DNA from: Lingula anatina
Taxonomy: Eukaryota > Animalia > Brachiopoda
Direction of reading: 5' to 3'
Assembly: GCA_051362555.1 (NCBI GenBank)
Contig: CM120640.1
Span: 27,056,503-27,120,502, forward strand
Length of the DNA: 64,000 bases
The notes beneath the pieces are model-generated. The model was given only the letters and a program-made list of their open reading frames with translations, did no database searches and was not told where the DNA came from. Within the stretch, counting starts at the first letter, position 1; every line of letters starts with the position of its first letter. Below, one piece after another: positions 26,501 to 39,624 of this stretch. The translations under genes and the position numbers were made by a program.

Positions 26501-26740
26501 AATGTTTAAAATCCTTCATGACAGTCATGGATTTAAAGGTGAGTTTGTCTTTTGATAACATAAATTGTAAATTAAACAATTTAATAATTTGTCAATTAAA
26601 AACAATATAACATAAAACTGGTTTACTGTCAGTATGTACCATGAAATGTTTACATAAGATTTCATAGCTGCCAATACACGACATGTTACATGTAATAACA
26701 CAAACCTGGGCATTATGTACCCCTCCCCCCCCCCCCCCCC

Positions 26741-26775
<35 letters not shown>

Positions 26776-27426
26776 GTCTTTCTGTATAGTTAGCTTCATG
26801 TCACATACTGAAGTCCCAATGATGGACAACGTGGTCATAACTGCTCCACAAACTTTGACTTCAAAATAAATGTAATACACGTAAGAATGTCATCACTGCC
26901 CTCCCATGGTAATATTTATATCCTGATCAGGTGTCCCTCAGTAAAAGCAGGGAGCTTGCAGTTTAATACATAGTAGATTTTAAAATGAGTTAATGATGTA
27001 TTGAAATCTTACTTTGCAACAGGATGATGAAAGTGGGCATCTGACTGCTTTAAAATAGTGACATTACATGGTGACGTGATGTCCTGCTAACTGTCAGCAG
27101 CCATTCTATAAAAGTTACAGAACTCACTGATCACATGGCAACAAGCTCCATGGTAACCCTGCCATAGTAACAAAATCACATGGAACACAAAATGGATGCT
27201 AACAGATGGATTTACCTACTTCCTGTCCTCACTCAGTACATAGGTACACAGGACTTGACACAGAATTTGGCCACTCAGCTGTTGTGATTTGTTTTGCTGA
27301 TCTTCAGCAGCAACATGTCACACTGTCAGAGATCACAATAATTGTGTGCTGGACTGGACTTTTAGGGTAATCTCTACTACTATAATTTAGCCTTGAATGA
27401 TGGTGAGGTCCATTTTTCAGCTACCT

Positions 27427-30400
27427 CTATACCTGCATTGTTTTCTCTTTGATTAACGAGCTTAAGAGTTTTGTGGTTGTAGATCTGAAACAGATAGTCA
27501 AATTTTTATTACAAATGGAAAGAAGCAGACATATAATGACACACAGTTCTAACAGATAGGGTTTCAGTGACAAAACTATCTCTCCACATAACACAATGAC
27601 AAGGATAATTCTTTACAGAACACTGAAAATGGGTATAATAAAAGAGCAGTTAAAAAACCCTTGCTTTGAAACCTATTCTTTAGAGTATAGATTAATGAAA
27701 ACCGCTTTTCTGGTGACAAGCTTATTTACAAAGATATTTTATTATGTTGCAGTAATTCTGGGACTTACCTTAATGCATATGTAGGAATGTGAATACTGTA
27801 CAACACGTACAACTCATATGGATTGGTATTCATGGCAAAACATTTATGAGTCTCAGATACTATATATGTCTCCAATGCTTTGTGTTTTAACCTTGTATGT
27901 AATGTATCTGCAGTTTCCGTAGAGTCCATATCACTTTGTGGAGGTGTAAATATTGTCCTTACAACAGATTTGTAAAATGCCCTAAGAATTTCCCTCCTTC
28001 TGTATATGCTCATTGTTTTGCCTAGCAAAATATAAAAAAAAATGTTTATCCAGTTTTTCTACCTAAGTAGTTTTAATCTATATGAAGGAAATATCCAACT
28101 GCATGTTATTACATATGTCAAAAAACACTGTTTTTATGAGGAATAAGCAAGAGAAAAAAAGCAATATATATTTCTATCACACATTTCTCAGGAATTTTTT
28201 CACTTGTTTTCATACCTATAATCTCTACCTAAAGTATATTCAATGGAATCACTAATTATGTGGTTTACAACAGTGCTCACCCTGCCGACTACTGTCTTCC
28301 TCCATTGGTTCTACTGTACACAGGCACCTATGGGATTCTCTGTTGATTAAAATAAACCTGAAAATAGGATTGATATTACACTACACAATGAAACTCAGAT
28401 ATATATGTCTACAATGCAGGATTAAATATCACAATGTGTTAAAAGCATTTTTGCATTATGATGATAAATTAAGTGAAAATAATATTAACTCCATACCTGA
28501 ACCATACGTGATTTGGTTGTGAATGGAACTTAAAATGTATAAAATGAAAGGATGAATTGACTGTCTTTTAATATTATGCCAAAAGCCTCATATGCCTTTT
28601 AAATTTGTATCATGCTCACCCTAAAATGCTTTGGTCTGTAAGAATACTGGTTGGGAAATTTCTGGGATGAATTCGTGTTGAGGATTTCAGATACTCAAAT
28701 GCAGTTCTCCAGAACCTGTCCACCTAGAGTGAAATCACAGTTGTACAACCATCAGAACCATCTAGAACTGCAGGTTTTAAATGACAAAACCAACTTCTCA
28801 AAATATTAAGGTTCTAAAGATGAAGCTTTGGCATTAGCCTCAGGTTTCAGATATTTAATGTAACCTTGAAAACAAATAATCAGAAATTGAATACAGGGCT
28901 TTTTTTACAAATCTGTATCATGACAAATATATCCAGATGTCTCCAGTCAAATACAGTCCTGACCATACCTCTCTCTGGAGTTCTGCTAGGGAAGGTGTGG
29001 GTCCACAAACTACACAGACTTCTACTCCCTGGACTAACTGGAATGTTAATAACCTATGGGGGACCTGCAGTGACAGGGAAAAATATTGTGACTCTTTATC
29101 TTTTGTTAAATTTTAAAAGTTTCATAAAATATGTGCTGAACATCCTTGTAACAGCTACTGAAGGAAAGACGACGCTATCAGGCATAAAAAATATTGGGTA
29201 TGTCAACAAATTATACCACAGTGGCTCTAGTAATAACTGAATTTCTCTGAAGTCATCAAGGTAAAAAAAAAAAAGATGTGATAAATTTGAACTTTAATAG
29301 GATTGACAGCTGGCAAGGAACAGAACTAACAATATTTATGCAACCATCAGACAATCAGAATAACAAGAATATTTCTATCATGAATTTTTTCACTGAAAAC
29401 ACACTTACCTTTGGGCTACCATGTGGGAGAAATATGGGAATATCCCTGGCAGAACACTTTGGTAAAGAATTGACTAGGAGTGACAATAATACTAGCTCCA
29501 CAGAAGAGAGGCTCCACCATTTTCTGGTGGCAACTGCCACTTTACCCCAAACTAACAAACACCCGTATGGACTGGCTGCTGCTTCCACAAACGCATCAAG
29601 GTATTCCTGCAATGAAAATGGAGTTTTAACTTTACTGAAAAAAAATCTTCATGGAACTTGTATGAAGAATACTATATATATATATTTTTTTTTTTTTCGA
29701 AAGTTATTTGGAGGGGTTCGGATGAACTAACAAGGGCAAAAAAAGTAAAGTCATAAATATTTCCCTTTGACAAAATTTGCAGAAGTTATGGCATAATGCC
29801 TAATGAGGATGACATGGTATATGTTCTGTTCGTGTAACAGTAATCTGTAAAAACTCTGTAATCATAGTTGCAAATGTTTGCAGTTACCTAAACTTAGATA
29901 TACTGCAGGTAACACTAAAACACTGGCAGGTTACCAAGTCTTCAAACAAAACCTGGCACCAAGTTTGACTTGGGGGCCCCATTAGTAACCAGATTCACTT
30001 AGACCTAAAATAATCTCACTGTAACTTTTCATTACATGTTGATCCTATTGTGAATGCTGCAACTGTGTTAATGAGTGAGCTGCAAAGTTTGTTGCTTACC
30101 TGTAATATGCTATTTTCTGGCCCCAGAACAACATCTACAGAGTCTGTAAGATCTGAGAATGTGTCCAAGTCTGCTTGGTCTAGTAATGAGTCAACCAGCT
30201 TGAAGCAAACCTAAAGAAGTACGTGAATGTAGTGAAAATGACAGCATACATTTTGCCCAGACTGAACAATTAAATTCCTTCACCAAAATAAAAATGAGTT
30301 TGAACACTATCATCAAATGTTTTATATTATTTGAGCCAAGAATTTTCATATTAAGTATTATCACTGTAAACTTAAGTCTGGGCCTTGGGCTGCATTGCCA

Positions 30401-33400
30401 GAAGCAAGACCCATAAAAATGCATAGCTTAATTAATCTTACAATAATAAGGGACATGTGTTGACATAAAGAACAAAGGCAATTAAATTGACAAGAATAGT
30501 ATTAATATAATTTGGAGGTTTATTTAAAATTTCACATCATCTAATGGAAAAGTCACAGAAGTGAAAAAGCATAAATTCTAATAGATATTCATGTACATGT
30601 GTACCTTAATCTCTTTTTTGAAGCGCTCGATATTTTTTATATTAGTCAAATCATCCAGTCCATATACCAGCACCATGGAAAGGAACACCTTCTCAATCAA
30701 CTGCTGCAAGTGGCTGTCACTTGCATTGTCATCACGGCTCACTAGAATCAAGGTAATACTGGAAAAAACATGAAGCAATTCTTTAGAGTTTGTTCAAGAC
30801 CAACTTGAATCAAGGTGGAAAAAGAAAAGACTACATTTTTTAATTTGTTGGGATAATTTAGGATTATTATCATAAAAATTTAACTTGAATGAAGGTTTGA
30901 ATTATATGGGGGAGAACAGTGATCTAAAATTTTGAAAAAAAAAAACAGCACACAGCAATAAATTTGAAATAACTGTCACATCTAATGCTTATCTATTACT
31001 AAGATAAAAATTCATCTCTAAAAACATAGTTTGTTTGTCACAGATACTAGTCACAGCACGAGACATCAATAATTACAGGCCCATAAGTAAATTGTTTTCA
31101 GGAATCAAGTGGAAGTTTGCAATAGATGCACATAAGTACAGACTGCTGCCCTGGTTAATCAGTGCAACATATGGGAGAGAAGATGATTCTTTATTTCCAG
31201 CACAGCATCTGTGAAACCCAAATATTACAAACCTGGATACCTCTTTCTTTGCTCTCTCTCCCTCTTTTCTCTCGATTCTTACAGTAAAAAATACTAAAAC
31301 TACACAGAAGTTCTTTTTTTTCAACTGTTGCAAATTAATAAAGTCATCCGTGGTTGTGGTTTGCAAAAAACCACTCAGTAATTTATATGCTAAAAGTACA
31401 CTAAACTTGATGGCGTGCCAAGTCTATATAATGTGTCTGATACACTTAATCATGCTTTATCACGCCACTGCTCATTAAATGAATATAGTCCATGACCATG
31501 CATATTCCTTTCTCATGGATAATGCAAGTAGAAACATAAAATCACTGGAGTAATTAATTCAATCAACCCGTCTACCACAGTTTGTCTTGGAAAACAAAAC
31601 TTTGATCAATTATTATTGCTAGGTAGTGGAAATGAACAATGCTTTTATGAATATATGAATTATTCTGTTATATGAATCATTCTGCTATTCCCTGGTTTTT
31701 TTTATTGATTTTATTTCCCGCCTTTCTTTAAGTATACTTATATCTGTTGCCTTGTCTCTTCATCTGCCTTGCCCTGGCTTGTAGTTGTACTCTAACTTTT
31801 TTTTTTTTATATTTCTATGTCAGTGATTCCCAGCTGGCTACACTTTTAAACTCTGCGTAACCAAGGCCAGTTTTTAGCATACACAAAGGAAAGCAATTGC
31901 CTGATTCATTTGGTATGTTAATTGTACAAACAGCAGCATAATATTTGAGATCATATTCTTTATCAGGCAACATATCATGCAGCACTGCATGACGTTCTTA
32001 GGAAAAACGTCATCTGTTATGACAAGTACTTTTTTCACTCCAACTTTAACATAGCCAACTAAACATAAGTATGCCAACCAGAGAAAATGTAGTGTATTTC
32101 TAGTGCAAAAACCCTTGCTTGTTTCTTTTTGTTTAGTCTTTTTTTTTTCACTTTTTGAATACAGTTGTGATTCAGTTTGTATTAGTGCCATATGTATGTG
32201 AATTTTAGAATGCTTTCCTCTTAGTAAGAGACTAGAAAATATCAGGCAATATTTCATGATGCGGTAATAAGTTTTTCATGAAGCATCCAACTTACAAAAT
32301 AAAAATCTGTCAACAAAGAATGACATGCAGGGACACTTAAAACAATAGAAGTTTATTGTGCAGGATTATTCTTGTGTGGAGGGAAAATAATAGCAGATAA
32401 AATTTTGTTCGTTATATTCACAATAAAAATAATATTTAAGTAATATTTTGGATCAGGAATTGAAGAAAACACCTTTCCTTACCTGTCATGAAAGACTTTC
32501 CAAACAACCTTGGCATCTACAGTAGTAGTTGACAACAATGAAACATCATGTGTAGAGGCAAACATGTGAACCCCATTTAGTGAGCCAATCACTGGGAATG
32601 GAAGCTGGAAGATTAAAAATAAATATACATTTATGTCAATTTAGTCATCAATAGCATATATCATAATGTACATATCATAATACTATGTAATATGGTAACC
32701 TTTAAGTTTTACTTCACTTTGGCCAAAGAGAAAATATCTTTTCAAAACAATGTTTTGCTAGTAATGCCATCAAAATATGAATGCCCATAACACCATGTTG
32801 TATCAATTGAAATAGTCTGGAATCTTTGAGTAATTGTGAGTTATTATTAGTAAAATTAAATGAAAGCAAATGCTCACATTGTATTAACAAGTACATGATA
32901 TCATTTTGTGATGACCCTTTAACTTCTGCAACCTCCAATCATTGCAGTTCAAAAAGACTGAGTTGCAGGGAGACTCTGGTTGTTATAAATTTGCTAAATT
33001 CAAACATAATAGATGTATAAATTTTAATTCCTGAAACAGCAATTTACTACTAAATTGCAGAAAGTTCACTTAAAAGTTTTAAAAGAAATGGGGGACTTAA
33101 AAGAAAAAAAATATTGGAATCACCAAAGTTCTTGAAATTTGTAGGTAATACAGTATTATAAAAACACTTTGTCCTGTGGTAAAACAATCTGCACCTGTCA
33201 CGCTGGGGAGGAGACACTATTTGAACAAATTTGCTGTGGTGACAATATCATTACATTCATATAAGATCAGATCTGCCAACTACAACATGACCCACCACTC
33301 ACAAGCACTCATATTAAAGAATGTGTGACTTAAACATTTGGATGTCTTTACCACCATAGAGGGACAGTAGAGCTGAAAGATACAAGAGATATCTCGTCCA

Positions 33401-36400
33401 TAAATGCAATAGTTTTTCAATATACACACATAGCTATATGAGACATTTTCTTCTGTATAGTAGGCTTAGGTATCTACCTAAGTGATAATCCAATTTTGGG
33501 TATAATCATAATACTTTCCACACCCCATCTCTTTATAATGATTCTGAACATGCAAAGGAGCATGATATTTACTTTATCAAAAAGAATTATTTAGTGTTAG
33601 TGATTTAAAATGATAATTTACTGTTAAATCACTATGAGTGCCGTATCAATGATGCTTTATGTTTTTTGAAATAATATATATATATATATATATATAGATC
33701 TATACATCAATCTCTTGGTGAAATTTCAATAAACTTTTAACTTTGACATATTACATCAGTCATGATCATCTAGTAAAAAACAATAGATTTCAAAGTATTT
33801 TACAAGTTGCTGTTTCATCTATATGAATTCGATCACAGTCAGGTTGCAGACAAAGGCAAATAAAGCATCCAAACCTTTATTCCAAGTAATGTAAACTGCA
33901 AATAAATACCCATATTCATATCAAATTCAATTATAAAGCTTTTGCTGTTCAAACCAGTTCGCAGCAGTCACATAAGAGAAAGATAATACACAGTATCAGC
34001 TGCAGCCTAGTACTATGTAAAAGAGAATACATGGTGCCAGGCTGCAGCTGATGTTTGTGACTAGCACAATAGAAGCCAAGCACTTCGGTATATGTACTAG
34101 TTCTGGCTTCATCTTTACTGCCCATAATCCTTAGGACATTTTCTTGAAGTACAATAACTGGTGTGAAATGTCTTTTGAAACACCTCTCAAAGGTAGTATC
34201 TTCATAAAATTCAAGCAATCAGTTAGATCCTGAGGCCATTTAAAATACAGTAAAAATGAAATGTCAAGTGCTAAAAACAAATTAATATCAGTTCCTTCTA
34301 GTCACCTAGCTCCCCTCCATTATATCACAATACCTCAGGGGCCCCCTATTCCAGGGTCTATAGCTCTGTCTTTTTGTATCAGTGTACTAGTACTTTCTCT
34401 GTCCCTATACCATCATATGTTAGGTGTTAGCCCTAGAATTCCTATATATACCATACCACCAGCCTGCCCTAGCTATCCTTCACTCCAGAATACCTTTTTA
34501 CCAGAATACCCTGTTCTCTGTACCAGCCTACCCTAGTTGTCTTCTATACCTGCAGGTTACCATAGGATTCCTACATATACCATACCTACAGCCTAACCTA
34601 GCTATCCTACACACTAGAATACCATATAATTCCTTTGTACCAGAAAACCTTGTCCTCTGTACCAGCCAATCCTAGCTCTCCTCTACACCAAATTATCATA
34701 TAATTCCTTTATACCAGAATACCCTGTTCTCTTTACCAGCCTACCCTAGCTGACCTCTACATCAGAATTCCTTTATATACCAGAATTCCTTGTTCTCTGT
34801 ACCAGCCTACCCTAGCTGCTTTCTATATCATACCCTACCACAGAATTCCACTACACCAGGATATCCTTGCTGTCCACTACTACACCAACACCAACACACC
34901 CTATTCTCTATGTACCAGAACCCCCTTGCTGTCCTATACACAAGATTACTATATAGCATTACTCTACACCAGCATTCATGAGCTGTCCTCTGTACCACCG
35001 TTTGTCTCCATTGAAAACATGGAAAACAATAGTAAATATAGCAAAGTCTTCATTAGCACTATCAAACTCAGGTGCTGCTTTTTTGTTATTGAATAACTTA
35101 AATTAGATTTTAAATATCATTTGTTATGAAAGACTTCAACAATAACAGAGGGAAAAGACCAGAAGGAACAAACAGATATAATATTCCATATTGCATGCCT
35201 CATCCAAATACAGATGTAAAATACATACAAAAAAATTACTTTCAACACTTTGAGAAATTTAACATAGGTGCCACTACTGCCATTCCGCCCAAGGGTGAAG
35301 GATGATGATGATTCGACAGGATAGTTAATGTCATGTTTGTTGGTCTCTATGCCTGTTCATCAATTGCCTGACCAACTGCAGGACAGAGGTATACTAATGC
35401 ACAAAATAAAGATCTATATCTTGGATAAAGAAGTCCATCCCAATGTATTTATTATGAACTATGAGGTTGGCATGCAATTAAGCAGGTCATTCTAATAATA
35501 TTGAGTACTAATCGCAAGCATCTACCTGATTAATTAAAGTAAACTAAATTGTATACTTTCCATTAATTAGATTTATTAGTTCAAAACTTCATTCATGCCT
35601 CAGAAAGAATAGCAATATGTAAGATGCACAGTTTTCACCCCACAATGAACAACCTGAGTGGAGTATTTTTCCTCCAAGTGGAAAAAATGAAGCTGTAGAA
35701 ATGATAATCACAGGACATGCACATATAATCAAACGACATTGGTCTCCGACTACGAAAAACATACTGGCTACAACAACTTCATTCTGTTACGAAAATATTT
35801 AATTAAGAAAGGCCTCGGGTATGGTATCAATTATGAATAGAATAACAACAATTCAGTCATATCATAACAGTAGCTGAAATGCTTGGGCAGAAGAATATTA
35901 TTATGATCAATTCAGTTTATCTGTACACTTACATAAATAAGCGGAGCTGTGAGAAAAGGGAGGAAAGACGAGGTAAACTATGCAGTGCATAACAGCCCCC
36001 TTTGTAACGTGGAAAGATTAAAAGGCCATATCAAGCAGAAAACTAGTCTTTCATGCAATACAAAAACACTGCCCTTATGTAGTCAACTTTTTTTTCTATT
36101 AGCAAATACTTCAAATTCTTGTCTTGATTTTCTGTTTCAGTTTCTTGGCATGTCCACATATAATAGCAGGTCACATCCCAAGTTTTATCTGGCACAGAAT
36201 AAAAGGAGCAGTACCTTTCAAATCCTCAATGCATTTTGTTTACATCAGAGTAACTGATTAGATACTATTTTCTAGACAACATTCATAATGCAGTATATGT
36301 GAACCTTTGCGAATACTCCTGCGTGCAGATTAAGAATACTATTCAATCAATCTTACTTAGGACCCTGGTATTCTTTAGTTCTTTTCAAATCAACTGAGCA

Positions 36401-38606
36401 ACATGGTAGCATTTTATTCCTTATCCTTACATCAGTAATTTCTCTAAAGTAAACCTATGCACAAAGTTCATATGGACTCAGTAACAGACACCAACTGCAG
36501 CAGGCCCACAGTATATAGTAGGACAAAAAAATAGAGTTCTTTGAGGAGGGGCAGAGGGACTGTCTTGGCTTTATACCAGAGAAATGCTGTACTTAACAAT
36601 TTACATCTAGAACATCACATTACATATACCAAATCTAATCAATAACAATAATAATAACTTACTTATAAAACTAGTAACTTTTCATAATCTATGATTTCAG
36701 TGCTAAATACTGCTAATTAGGGTGGGTGGTGGGAGGGATGAGGTTGGGGAATAAATTACTCATGGACATAATCATTATTTTCAGAGGAAGATAAATTACA
36801 TGGCCTTAAGAACTTCCCTATATCACAGTTCAGGACCAAGTCCTTAATACCTTACTGATAGTGAAAATAAAATTGCAAAAATTAACCAAAGTCTGTTCAG
36901 AGATACCACAGCAGATGATACAAAGCACTAATGATGAAGATTAAAACATCATATAGTTGTCAAAAGGAAATTACAAACTGGCATGTTTACACACAGGTAA
37001 GAACCAAAAGGCAATCTACTGAAGCAATGTTTATCAGTTTATGGCAGTCATTGTTAAAGAAAGAAACAATGCTGTCAACTTCTTTTTTCTCATTTCTGTT
37101 ACAATGAATATTGCTAATTTCTAACTAGCCCAAACTGCCCTGTTATCTGAACATACCATATTTCCACTGACCAAGAGGGTAAATCCAGAAGCTCATTTAC
37201 TTTTCCATATTTCCATATACAAAATATACGAAACTATCTTTGTGTATGTTTGTGGGAGAGTATTACAGGATTTTAAGAATCTTAAAGCATCTCATTTTCT
37301 TTTAGATAGCCTGTTGCAAATGGCCAAGAGCAGACAATATCCTTTTCAAATATAAAATGACTAACCACTTGTTTAAAAAAATGTAGTTTCAAAGCCAAGT
37401 GTAGAAAAGGGTGCCTTTGGTATTATTTATACACAATCTATATGGTGTTTTTGAGTGTGGATCTCCTAGGACCTACGGCTGATAAGTGTCATATTGAATT
37501 GATGAAGTCTGTGGGAAAACATAATTTGATAATTTTTGTGTAAAAATTTATTATGAGTTTTCAACTTTGTTGGGTCATTGCAGTTGGATGAAATAGTCTT
37601 GCATCCTTGCAGCTATTTGAAAACTAAAATATATCCTGATACATCCTTTAGACCTAGGTTTTCATACATTGAAAATATCTCCCTAGTTCCTCAGCAAATT
37701 ATTTTTAACCTGTGTCAGGCAATGGCATTACTTTAAATTTAAACTAGACAACACAGCTGACAAATATACAGCCACCAAACAGCTGTAAACAATGCCACAA
37801 TGTTTACAAAAAAGTAATAACAATAATTTAAAAAATCCCACCATGCTGATTTTCAAAATGAACCCTTTCTAAACCAAACAATGCTATTTCAGTCTCAACT
37901 AGGTGGATGTAAAAACTTGAATGTTGCCTGTGACAAATATATTTTAAGAATGAAAATTTTACATGAAAAATTTGAATTGGCAGAAAAATCCCAGAAAGGA
38001 CACATCCTTAAATTGGTACATTTTAAGTGTTATTATTGTCTAAGGTATGCAATGGTTAACAGGCCATTTTTTTACTATATCAAAGATACATTGCTAAAAA
38101 TACTCTTAAATGAAAATCCTTGAGTCACGAGGTAAGATCCCCTTACTGCAAATGCTTCAACTCTGTTAAAACAGCAAACTGGTAGCACTACTAGTGGTGG
38201 CCTTAACTTACATTGTTTTTATTATTATTATACGACTAAGGTCTTCCTCGCTTTTAAACGATTAATAAACAACACAAAACATAAATTCAAATTACTTATT
38301 AAATATCGCTAGACTATATATAACGGCTGCCTTTATTTATATTTACCCACCAAAAGTACCATCAATGAATTTGTGACACTGAATGACAAATAGGAACATA
38401 AACAACTTATTTTCCAACAAGTGACTGTTGGTTTCATTGTGAATTCTACGCAGATATACTGCACATCATGCAAATATTGTAGATTGATACATATTAAGTT
38501 TGTAGCAAGTTTTCACACATGAACCTACCGGTTTTAAATCCCCTTTCGTGCGCGTAAATAGCGGTACTCCTCCGCCCGCTGAGAGGCAGAGCAAGTATGC
38601 CGCCAT
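27427..38606 (-). CDS. FUZ: Fuzzy planar cell polarity effector (CPLANE, tri-longin), 10 coding exons
   Basis: Exons 38606-38529 (MAAYLLCLSAGGGVPLF), 32604-32483 (LPFPVIGSLNGVHMF...VVWKVFHDS), 30758-30605 (ITLILVS...MVLVYGLDDLTNIKNIERFKKEIK), 30210-30100, 29606-29409 (YGCLLVWGKVAVATRKWW...DIPIFLPHGSP), 29063-28968 (VPHRLLTF...CGPTPSL), ~28722-28620, ~28357-28281, ~28020-27769, ~27484-27427 (TAG). The motifs match recalled Fuzzy sequences. Confidence 0.95.
34300..34980. repeat. Degenerate minisatellite in FUZ intron 1
   Basis: Recurrent ataccagaataccctgttctctgtaccagcctaccctagc-type units with strong C-over-G strand skew. Confidence 0.75.
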
Positions 38607-38729
38607 GTTGGTTTATATTTACACACGCATGCGCTCTTATTCTCTGAAGGAGAACTGTGGGAAGGAAGAATGGCGCCGTCCATAAACATTGCGGCCGAAA
38701 ACTTGTAATATTACTAACAATTTCCCGAG
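38595..38729. promoter_or_regulatory. Compact bidirectional promoter for FUZ and the zinc-finger gene, including the non-coding first exon of the latter
   Basis: Local CpG enrichment; FUZ ATG at 38606 (-); YY1-like motifs in both orientations (gccgccatgttg, aagaatggcg); NRF1-like cgcatgcgc at ~38626-38634; + strand donor gag|gtaaga at 38729/38730 can join the acceptor at 39609/39610. Confidence 0.7.
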
Positions 38730-39624
38730 GTAAGAATTATTTTTCGTTGTCAGACAATAAGTATAAGTGTAGAACTATAATTTAAGGTCAATTTGACAAA
38801 GTATCAACTTTAAACTATTCTTATTTTAAGGAAAATCTAACAGTATCAAATTGCGACCATTGTTCTTGCGCAAATGACATATATGTCATTTATATTCATT
38901 GAAGCAATAAAATGAAATCTCGCACGACCAGACCACGCGTTGAACTTAATTAAAGGAGCATGCATTCGTGTGAAGAATACATATAAGACAACATACAATT
39001 GAGTTTTTTGAGTTGGAAAAAATAGTTGACCACGTTAGAACATTAGCACATGAGTCAGTGTGCAGACAAAGGAGTGAGTAAAAATGTATTGAATCATATA
39101 TGATTGATTTACATAAATTCTATCGGAAAGCAGTTATTGCATAGAAATGGCTGCTGTGTTTTGAGGGTTATGTTGATAATGAAGAACATTTTCATGATAT
39201 CCAAGAATGGATTTCTATAAACTTGTAGGTGTGTAGATTTTCCATGTAATTTTTAAGTTTAACATTTGATGTGTTATGGTTGACTGCACTTCGTAAACGC
39301 AAGGCAGAGAAATTATACAGGATTCAAGCTGCATTTATTGTTAAATTCATAGCATAGGGTAAAATGCAATTTGAAAGGTAATAATTGTCAGAAATATTTG
39401 ACAAAAAATGGGCTTATGAATCTCAAACCAAGAATACTAAACTTGTACTTAAATTTACTGAAACCCTTTTATGTACAATTTTTTATGTTTGATGATAGTT
39501 TTTAAGCTGAATGATTATAATTGGCCAAATAAGAATGTTAAGAAACAAATTTTATGGTCATCTTTAATTTTGAATTAATTTATGAAATATAACTTTTTTA
39601 CATTTTTAGCCAAAGGAACAAAGG

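Noticed and set aside
26720-26773. Poly-C followed by poly-A as a retrocopy tail
   Set aside because: Similar C/A runs recur at 10505 and 55561 with no TSD or upstream homology; simple homopolymers.
34261-34981. Pro/Leu/Tyr-rich ORFs
   Set aside because: Translations of a degenerate intronic minisatellite.
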